The notes under the pieces are model-generated. The model was given only the letters and a program-made list of their open reading frames with translations, did no database searches and had not been told where the DNA came from. From positions 434,001-498,000 of the forward strand of contig CM102286.1 in assembly GCA_046563655.1 (NCBI GenBank): a stretch of DNA of 64,000 nucleotides, written 5' to 3'. Shown one piece after another: positions 54,301 through 62,016 of the stretch (positions are counted from its first letter, which is position 1; every line of letters begins with the position of its first letter). A program made the position numbers and the translations under genes. Source of the DNA: Yuukianura sp. NJ FZ-2021 (Eukaryota).

Positions 54301-57271
54301 CGCACTAATACTATGCACATGTGAATCTTTTTGATCACCGTTCCCTCAAAACTCAAAATTGCAGCTAAATTTGAAATTTTCCCGCCTAATTTTCTGAAAT
54401 TGTTTTTTTTTTGTACAGGGTGTCGGAGTTACTGGATTACTCTGCGGAGGAATTAATGGGTCGAAATTTGTATTCAGTGTGCCATGCTGAAGACGTGAAT
54501 AAACTGAGAAAGTGCCACGTTGATTGTAAGTTAATTAATTTAAACTTCCCGCACTTGCCGATCAACAACTTTTTCGTTACAAAAAATCCAATTTGAAAAA
54601 AAAACTACAATTATTCGACACTTTCAACTCACGAAACCAATCACTTGGACGTCAACTTCTGCTTGAAATTGTGCAATTACGTTCTGCTCATGCGCAGTAG
54701 CTGATCAAATTCTCATTGATTTCAAAAGTCAAAAGTTGATTTAACAATCTGCACCTCATTTAAATAATTGACAGCCCAAGTCCACAACTTTTCAATTATA
54801 TTTCATACATAACTAAATATTTTATTTATATTATATAATATTACTTATTTTTTAATAGTGTTGGGCAAAGGGCAAGTGATGAGTCAGTATTATCGTCTGA
54901 TGAACAAAAACGGAGGCTACACTTGGATTCAGTCCTGCGCAACCGTAGTTTCCAACTCCAAAAACGCCGATGAGCAGAGCATCATATGTGTCAACTATGT
55001 TATCAGGTAATGACCTTGACCTTGACCTTTGACCTTGAATTGACCTTTGGCCTTCATTTGCAGTGGTCGTGAGTTTCCTCATGTGGTCATGGACTGTTGT
55101 CAACTGGACCAGGAGTGTTTACCTTTGGTGAAAACTGAAGTTGAGGAGCGTGACCGAAAGTCGCCTGACCAAGATTCGGCAGGTAAACTTTTTTTTAAAC
55201 TTTTTCACGTCGCGGGCTTTTTTTTGAAGGTCACGTGAACGTGTCTAGGAAGTTGAGATGACCTGGTGGAGTTCCAGTGACATTAGGAATACAAATTACT
55301 CAACGACACACAAAAAGTTTATGAATGAAGGAATGTCTGTGCGTGTGGACGATTTCAAATCAAAATCACTTTTTTTTTTGGCAGGAAACCTCGTTTATAT
55401 TCATCCAAAGACGATCACGTACTTCCATGCACTTTTCAACATTTTCTCTTTTTCTTGTTTAGCAGACGGCAGTGGCCGAGGGTCAGGGTCAGCGACGGGA
55501 CTTTTGGATTCTGGACGAGCTGCGCATGCTCGGACAGCTACCACTTCTGGACGGTCACCGGACCACCTTCGGCCAGAGGCAAGAGAACGGAGGACAATGG
55601 GACAGAAGATGCCCAACTCTACTAGTCGCGTAGCTGATGACCAGGTAAAAAAAAATTTTCAACAGAAAAGGATTGGAACTCACAGCCCCCTCCCAGCACA
55701 CAGTGTGCCTAACCGTTCCGCCACCTCGCTCTTTCCTAATTATCCGATTCCAAGTGATTTGTCGATGTGAAAAGTGTAATTTTCTTTAATCATTTTTTAA
55801 TAACTTTTTTTGAATTTTCTAGACCCTTGAATCTCAACATCGTCTGAGTCCGGAGCGGTCCGAAAACGCCCGAACGCCACTTTCCGGTCGAGCGGTGGCC
55901 GAATCCGAAATTTTCCCGCCGACAACCGCACTTCAACCGGTAAAAGCTGCCAAAGGGCGTAAAAGGAAAGGAGATCGTGGTGTCAACAATGGAAAATGCA
56001 ATGTTACGCCACCAGAAACGCCACTTGAAACGCCCCACGCCCATGCACACACCAATCACCAACATTCCTGCACATCAAAGCGTCAAGTGATCGTTTCCAG
56101 TGACGATCACGCTCAACCGAGCAGTATTTCTTTGGGAGGCGGAGTCACGACGAGTCCAAGTCCACACCACCACCATACAAACACATCAACTAATCACAAT
56201 CACATGGAGTCTGATAATCAGGAAGGAGCGAGGTGGCGTAAAGCTCAGGCACACTGGGAGGGAGCTGTAGGTTCAAATCAACCTTCCATTTAAATTTCTT
56301 TTTAAAGTTTTTTGAAGTTTTAAATTTTTGCTATTTTTTTTTGTGATTAGAGTGTTTCATCTGTAAAAGACTTGGAACAAGTTATGTCCAAGCATCTTCC
56401 GGGTAGAGATTCCGAGTCTGCTGCAATCGTATCGTCGGGAATCGACTTCAGCGCAGACTCACTTCTGCGTCAACCACCTTGTTCCAGAACAGGGTCAGCC
56501 ATTCAGTGGGTGGGGACTGGGTCACAGTCGTCAACTGGTCTGCCAGTCTCTGCCCTACTGCGGCAACTTTGCGCCTCCCGTGAAAGTGTCATTCGAGCCA
56601 ACGTACAAGTAAGAAAACTCAAAATTTTGAAAGATTCTGAAAATATTCTGAAGAATTCTGAACTGAAACATTCAAAATTTTGATTTTGTTGCTAGGCAAC
56701 CCTTGCTGCTGCCCGTGGAGCCAGTTCCTATTACCCTGACATGAGCACTGTCCAATCAGCGTTGCCAACTCCACCAGGCTCAGACAACTACGGAGAACAG
56801 TTTATGCTCAGCGCAGCCAATCACCATCACTCCGCTTCTGCCTCGGCACAACACAAATCAAATTCAGACTTTTCATCTCTTGTTCCCTACCCCTCTGTTT
56901 CTAGCTACGACTATCAACCAGCAATGACTCCCCCAGCCTCAGTTTCCCCCCGAGACAAACCCCCGTACCCCCCTGTGACCTCTGACCCCACTACTTACGG
57001 AGACCCCGGCATCCCCTCAAACTCCGCCTCCTTCAGACCACCTCAATCCTACCTCGACGGCCCAGCACAACCACTTCCACTCAAACCCCAGGTCTATGGG
57101 TACCATCCCCATGCGGGGTTGGATCCCCAGTACCCACTTCCTGATCCCCACAGTCAGTCTCAGTTCTACCCACCTCCCCATACGGGGTTCCACCTCTACC
57201 ACCCCACCGGGAAATCAAATCCCTACGGGGATGCACTCAAAACTTCCAATTGGTACTCAACTGCTTCCTAA
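266..57271 (+). CDS. trh: Trachealess, bHLH-PAS transcription factor, distal-start isoform, ~970 aa, 16 coding exons
   Basis: Manual splicing with GT-AG introns and consistent phases: 266-375, 10741-10773, 26092-26142, 46554-46789, 50203-50279, 50774-50863, 51218-51383, 52576-52697, 53357-53550, 54419-54525, 54859-55006, 55064-55182, 55463(or 55466)-55644, 55823-56266, 56351-56608, 56696-57271; sum 2913 nt. Contains bHLH ([16 protein letters not shown]...[14 protein letters not shown]), PAS-A, PAS-B/PAC and Trh C-terminal motifs ([49 protein letters not shown]). The core from 46554 on is secure; linkage of the first three exons is less so. Confidence 0.93.
10741..10773 (+). CDS. trh: trh 33-nt microexon ([12 protein letters not shown])
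   Basis: Branch-like ctaac plus pyrimidine tract tttgttgcttttatttgtttacag, donor AG|gtaag; phase 2-2, open frame. Confidence 0.72.
16531..16543. promoter_or_regulatory. Perfect IR1 (ecdysone-response-element-type) palindrome AGGTCAATGACCT
   Basis: Exact AGGTCA-N-TGACCT match; function is inferred only. Confidence 0.4.
19207..19402. mobile_element. Small foldback/MITE-like element with internal sub-repeats
   Basis: CATTTCGCCGAATGAATTTCCCC (19219-19241) is inverted at GGAGAAATTCATTCGAGGAAATG (19371-19393); GATC at both ends; about 5 units of 14 bp ending in CGAA on the left. Confidence 0.55.
20984..21075. repeat. Minisatellite, 3 x ~32 bp (TGCCCAACT..GTT..TTTCTAAAAAAGAGA)
   Basis: Direct inspection. 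Confidence 0.8.
25160..25580. mobile_element. Non-autonomous Tc1/mariner-superfamily (pogo/Tigger-like) MITE, ~421 bp
   Basis: TA on both flanks. Imperfect TIRs: left CAGTCAATCCTCTCAAATAGGAACTC, right end (reverse complement) CAGTACAAACTCTCAAATTGCAACTC. Interior composition differs from the flanks. Confidence 0.6.
25836..25852. promoter_or_regulatory. Perfect extended IR1 palindrome AGAGGTCACTGACCTCT
   Basis: Exact AGGTCA-C-TGACCT with 2 extra palindromic bp, about 240 nt upstream of the 51-nt microexon. Confidence 0.4.
26092..26142 (+). CDS. trh: trh 51-nt microexon ([18 protein letters not shown])
   Basis: Acceptor gttttctttttttcatttcag, donor CC|gtaagt; phase 2-2, open frame, GC-rich island in AT-rich flanks. 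Confidence 0.68.
29445..29800. mobile_element. Possible hAT-like MITE remnant
   Basis: CAGGGTTC ... GAACCCTG termini with subterminal ACCC/GGGTA repeats; no target-site duplication found. Confidence 0.3.
31861..31943. repeat. 12-bp tandem repeat (TACCAGAARTTG), ~7 copies
   Basis: Direct inspection. Confidence 0.8.
33692..33759 (+). pseudogene. tRNA-derived relic (tRNA pseudogene or SINE head)
   Basis: A-box TAGCTCAATAGGTAGAG, B-box GGTTCGAGTC, terminal pairing GCCGGGT/ACTCGGT; anticodon arm and T-stem degenerate. Confidence 0.6.
36996..37048. repeat. 18-bp tandem repeat (ATTTTCAAAAATTGTATY), 3 copies
   Basis: Direct inspection. Confidence 0.8.
37874..37935. other. GC-rich 62-nt inverted repeat (27-bp arms, 8-nt loop)
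   Basis: CCCAGGGCGACACTGTCACCACCCTCG / TGAGGGTGGTGACAACGTCGCCTCGGG; 22 of 27 positions are Watson-Crick. Confidence 0.8.
40885..40953. repeat. 17-bp tandem repeat (AAAGTTAGCCTAACGTN), ~4 copies
   Basis: Direct inspection; each unit has a GTTAG-C-CTAAC palindromic core. Confidence 0.8.
43841..43890. repeat. Short AAGTTGAAACTG tandem repeat directly upstream of the proximal trh exon
   Basis: Direct inspection. Confidence 0.7.
43948..44048 (+). CDS. trh: trh alternative proximal first coding exon ([33 protein letters not shown])
   Basis: Resembles the Drosophila Trh N-terminus as I recall it (MLPYQAAVAMDY...PFTHSW). Ends TG|gcaagt in phase 2, compatible with the bHLH exon acceptor at 46554; gives ~939 aa. 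Confidence 0.8.
46554..46789 (+). CDS. trh: trh bHLH exon
   Basis: [67 protein letters not shown]; tag acceptor, G|gtgag donor. Confidence 0.97.
49255..49516. mobile_element. Two adjacent copies of a short Tc2/Kanga-like MITE (49255-49365 complete; 49392-~49516 right end degraded)
   Basis: Copy 1: CTGTATTTCCTCGCATATAACACGC ... GCGTGTTATACACAAGTAAATACGG followed by TA. Copy 2 begins TA-CCGTATTTCCTTGCCTATAAGACGC and shares internal TATYTGTGAAATT. Confidence 0.65.
50203..53550 (+). CDS. trh: trh PAS-A and linker exons (50203-50279, 50774-50863, 51218-51383, 52576-52697, 53357-53550)
   Basis: [13 protein letters not shown] / [30 protein letters not shown] / [13 protein letters not shown] / [25 protein letters not shown] / [28 protein letters not shown]; all splice phases match. 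Confidence 0.96.
54419..55182 (+). CDS. trh: trh PAS-B/PAC exons (54419-54525, 54859-55006, 55064-55182)
   Basis: [26 protein letters not shown] / [41 protein letters not shown] / VMDCCQL. Confidence 0.96.
55463..57271 (+). CDS. trh: trh C-terminal exons (55463-55644, 55823-56266, 56351-56608, 56696-57271): basic NLS-like KGRKRK and Pro/Ser/His-rich tail
   Basis: In-frame splicing to TAA at 57269-57271, with conserved short motifs. The donor at 56267 (GCT|gtaggt) and the acceptor choice at 55462/55465 are the least certain. Confidence 0.85.
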
Positions 57272-58534
57272 ATATTCCCCTCCCCCCATCAAAAGTTACC
57301 TTTAATTAAAAAAAGCATTTACCCCCCTCCCCCCATCTACTCCACGTACATTTTTGTATTACACGGCACGAACGTTACCTTCTCACCATTTTTTCTCAGC
57401 GTCGTCAACTTTTTAGTTCGAATTTGAAAATTATAATTTTAGTTTAAATTTTAAGGTTTTTTAAAAAATTGAGAGACAATGTATACGAACAAGAAACAAA
57501 AGCAAGTCACTACGCATGTTTTTGTAGAAGAATTGGGCATGCACCAATAGTTTAGAGCATCATGTACTTTGTACTATATGATACTGTTTGTAATTTAAAT
57601 TGTTGTTTATAGTTTAATTCAACGTAAAGATATTTAACTTAGGTTGTACAAATAAGTTACTTAAAATTTAATGTGATGTGCATAGATTAATTAGCTCTAG
57701 GTTAACAACCTAACTTTAGCTATGTTAATTAAACCTTAGTTGTTAACTTGCCTAAGAAAAAGCCAAAGAAATTTTGAACAACCTGTGTTATGTTTTTCGT
57801 ATTATTATGCTTGTTGTAATTTATTCAGTAATTTTAAATTCCAAGTAATTCATTATTAAAACTAATTCATAAGTCGTAGTAATTTATTTTATGAAAACCA
57901 ATCCACACACTCCAAAGCACGTTCTTGTTACTACAATTTAGCAATCCATTTTTAAGTTCAGTAAAAACACTCTCCTTTTGTGGAGACTAGAACTTTACAT
58001 AAGGTTTCATTGCTTGAACATTATGTAAATAATTCTTCTTTTTAGCAAACGAATTTCAGGGTTAAAGTTAAACTGGTTTGGTTCAAAATAATGATAGTTA
58101 AAAAAATTTCTTGTTCAAAGGTAATTGAAAACAACAAAAGTTTGGAATTTCATGGTAGGTCACTTGTGCATTATATGTGTAACTGTTTTCTCTCAATGCC
58201 ATGCTTAACATCCGTGTTCAAAAACTTTGACCTTTGACCTGACATCTCAGCATTTGACAAAATTTCCTGTGTTTTGGACGTTGACATAAACTCGGAGATT
58301 AGAGTTACTGTTGCATTTGTTGCACCTAAAACTCAATCTTAACTTTAGCCAAACCATTTCGAAACTTCCAAGTTTAAGCCGAGGATTAGATGTGGAAGTT
58401 GTTTTTGACTTGTTTACTATATGAAGTGGTTTGATCACACAATGACTGTTTTTTCCCTAAGGAAAATCTGGACATTACAAGGTCAACTGGAACTCAGGAC
58501 ATTTGACCTCCACTTTTTATTTTTTATCTGAAGT

Positions 58535-58611
58535 TATAAAAACTTTGAGATGTATCCAAGCGGCTTTAGTTTGCAAGCTACGCTTGCTGGAGTGAACCGC
58601 TTTCACTTTGG
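58535..58611 (+). promoter_or_regulatory. Putative GMC core promoter and non-coding first exon
   Basis: TATAAAA at 58535, Inr-like TTAGTT at 58566-58571 about 33 nt downstream, donor gtaagg at 58612, acceptor tttcag ending 58698 just before ATG 58727. Confidence 0.55.
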
Positions 58612-58726
58612 GTAAGGCCAAAAAACTTGCAAATTCTTTACATGAATTCAAAATTTTGTACTGAGAGATGTTTCAAAAGTTTCAATATTTTGTTTCAGAC
58701 ATAGAAATATTTGAATTCGCTGCAAA

Positions 58727-61367
58727 ATGGCGGGTGCGGCGGGAGTTTTGAGCGTGATCACGTACTTGCTTCAACTTTTGAATTTCCCGCTTCCGATTCC
58801 AAATGATATCACTGACCCCGTGACCTTGGTCAACAATTTGTCAACGACGTTGGCTCAACAAAATTTTGCAAAAGAAATGGCCATGAACCCCAACCCTCCT
58901 CTTATGGCTCATCCCGCCGTTTTCGATTTTATTGTCGGTAAGTACTTTTCAAAAAAAAAAACTTTTTACAAAATTTTTAATTTTTAAATATTTTTTTAAG
59001 TTGGAGGAGGATCTGCTGGTGCTATAGTTGCTAATCGCCTGTCAGCCAATCCCAAGTACTCCGTACTTCTTTTGGAAGCTGGTGGTGACCCCACCATTCT
59101 CAACAGCATTCCAGGTCTCGTCACCCTCAACATGCACCAGACACCAAACGACTGGAACTACAAAACGATTCAAACAAAAGACTATGGATGGGCTTTTGAA
59201 GACGGCGTAAGGGTCACCTAACTTTCGAAATTTCGGAATTTTAAGATCCCAAATTCCAAATTTTTCAAAATTTTAGAGAGCCCGTTGGACCAGGCATAAA
59301 GCTTTGGGTGGTTGCTCCTCACACAACTGGATGGTAAAAACACTACTCAAAATTAGTAGCACTTGATTGGGCAAAGGCCATTGACCTTTCACCGTTAACA
59401 CTTGATTGGAAAGGTCATTCGCCCTTGACCATTAACACTTGATTGAAATGGTCATTGACCTTTGACCTTAAACACTTGATTGAAAATGTCATTGACCTTT
59501 GACCGTAGATTTACAATCGAGGTCATCCGAAGGACTTTGACAACTGGGCCAACTTGACCGGAGATGTAGAGTGGGATTACGACCATTTGTTGACATATTT
59601 CAAACGCCTGGAAGACTACGGTGGAAGATACCCATCAGGTAGACTGGGTCAAAGTTAACCCATGACCTTTGACCCATGGGTCAATGACCATTTTGTATGT
59701 TGCAGATGAATATCATGGAAAGGGTGGTCCATTCCATGTTAGCAAAGATGATGGCTTTGTGCCTAGTGTTGAACCATGGAATGCAGCAGCCAAGGAAATG
59801 GGCTACGAAACCGATGTCGATTTCAATTCTCGCCAAAGATTAAGTAATCGATTACTTCAAAAATCATAAAAGATAAAAGTACTTCAATAAATTCAAAAGA
59901 AATGTAGAGAAAAATAAATTCCGATGATTATTTTCAGGCTTTGGAAGAAATGACATCAAAACAACCAAAGATGGCAGTCGTATGAGCACTTTTGCCGGCT
60001 ACATCAAACCGGTACTCAGCCGACCCAACTTCAAGGTCATCCGATACGCACATGTTCACAGGGTAAACTTCATATACCATTTAATACATAAATTTACATA
60101 ATGTTACATAACATTACATAACCTACATAAAATTACATAATTTATGTAATATTAATATATAACAACATACATAGCTTGAACTCGACGAATCAAATCGCGC
60201 TACTGGCGTCATCTACAAGCGAAACGGCGAACTAGTTACCGTAAAGGCCCGAAAAGAAATCGTTCTGAGTGCCGGTTCCATCAACACTCCACAAATCCTC
60301 ATGTTATCCGGTATCGGACCCAAGGAACACCTCAAATCAGTCGGAGTAAGTTATTTTTTTCAAAAATTATGAAAAAAATTTCCAAAAATTTCAAATTTTT
60401 ATATTTCAAGGTCACTCCAAAAGTTGACCTTCCCGGTGTGGGAGCTCATTTGGAAGATCACTCTCTCGCTTTCGTTGGTCCATTTATCCTGGATTCTCCC
60501 GTGTCATACCTCTTAACCCGAAATCTGAAGAAAGAAGATGCAGAAGAATATGCTCGACACCGAACCGGATTCTTCTCGAGCAATCCGACCGCCGGACTGG
60601 GTTACATCACAAGTTCAGTCAACAAATGGAGTTGGTCTGATGTTCAAGTATTCCAGTTTCATTATGGAATTGACTCCATGACGCCTTTTATCCTAAACCA
60701 AGTCTTTGGATTCAAAAAAGGACTCATAGAGAAGTGGTTGGAACCGTACATGGGCCAAGATGCTAACTTCGGACTCACGAATCTCGGAATTCCGCAGAGT
60801 GCCGGAACAATCCGACTTGCTTCGAACAATCCAGAAGACAAACCGATCATTGATCCGAACTACTACGATCATCCAGATGACATGAAAGCACAAGTCGACG
60901 GTATTAAATTTCTGGTTGAAATGTATGAAAAAACTGATGCTTGGGGCAAATATGGAGCTCATCTTGCCCCAACGAAGTTCCCGGGATGTGAGCAACACGA
61001 ATTCAAAACTTATGAATACTACGAGTGTCTCTGTCGCCAAGGAACCACAACTTTGTTCCATCCGTCCGGAACTGCCAAAATGGGCAAACCCGAGGATCCA
61101 ATGGCCGTAGTCGATACTAGACTAAGGTAAACATTAAATGTCAAGTTCAAAATGCCACTTTTGAAAAAAAGTGTTTTCAAAAAATTGTCTGTTTTTGAAA
61201 AATTTAGAGTTCGAGGTGTGAAGGGCCTGAGAGTTGCAGACGCGTCGATTATGCCGCAAATTACAAACGCAAATTTGAACACGCCGACGCTGATGGTTGG
61301 AGAGAAGGGGGCTGACTTGATTCTTAGTGATCACATCAACAGTGACTACGAACACACTGAGCTTTAA
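58727..61367 (+). CDS. GMC (glucose-methanol-choline) oxidoreductase, glucose dehydrogenase [FAD]-like, 637 aa, 9 coding exons
   Basis: Exons 58727-58937, 59001-59206, 59277-59333, 59509-59638, 59706-59843, 59938-60062, 60175-60345, 60411-61126, 61208-61367 (1914 nt, in frame). Motifs: [17 protein letters not shown] (ADP-binding), [78 protein letters not shown]; ends HTEL. Confidence 0.95.
59360..59508 (+). repeat. Intronic minisatellite, 4 x 36-39 bp (CACTTGATTG..GTCATTGACCTTTGACC..)
   Basis: Units start at 59360, 59399, 59436, 59473; the last unit ends in the splice acceptor TAG. Confidence 0.9.
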
Positions 61368-62016
61368 ATTTAAAAAAATTAAATTTAAAAATTTTGATTT
61401 TATGATTTTGAATATTTAGTACGCAAAGTCAACACCTATAAACAAAACATTTTTCTATAATATGAAACTTGATTTTTTGTAATAACCAAAGTTGTTCTTT
61501 CCTCCAACTCACCAAAAATGAAAACTGTTAAAAATTGGTTTTATTTGAACACAAAATTGCCTCTTGACTTATTAATGGTTATTCGAAGTTGAAAATTTAG
61601 TCAAATGACGTCCATACCAATCCTAATATTTAAAAGTTAAGTTGTTAAAATTATATGAGTCAGAAGTTAGTGAGTTGACCAGTGTCAAGTACTAGCTGCG
61701 CAAATCAGCACGACGACAGGTAATCTCCGTTATCAATATACAGAGTTCATTTGGCGATAAGTTATAGCCTGCAGCAGTACACTGTTTTATTGGCTGACTA
61801 AACTATTGACACCTTGACTCTAATCAATCTTGTAAGTCAAAACTCTTAAAAACTTCAACAAACGCTTTTTGTGGCAGAACCTAAAACTTCGCACTTAATT
61901 TTTGAGCACGCGAACTCAACGATTAACGAACGACCAGAATTCATAACAACCATCACACAGAGTCTGCTACAGAAGTGAATTGGTTGACTTAAGGACCACC
62001 TTGCGATCACAACGAC

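Noticed and set aside
55385..55418. Separate 34-nt cassette exon
   Set aside because: Weak donor (gtactt), frameshifting length and only a 44-nt downstream intron.
59360..59508. 36-39 bp repeats as a CRISPR-like array
   Set aside because: Units are contiguous with no unique spacers, lie inside a spliceosomal intron, and no cas genes are present.
55401..61355. Antisense and alternate-frame ORFs over trh and GMC exons
   Set aside because: Shadow ORFs expected from GC-rich coding sequence.
58727..61367. Calling the GMC gene Gld, ecdysone oxidase, or a horizontally acquired choline oxidase
   Set aside because: Orthology and origin need a phylogeny. The gene has eight coding-region introns and an arthropod-like overall sequence; one motif is not enough.
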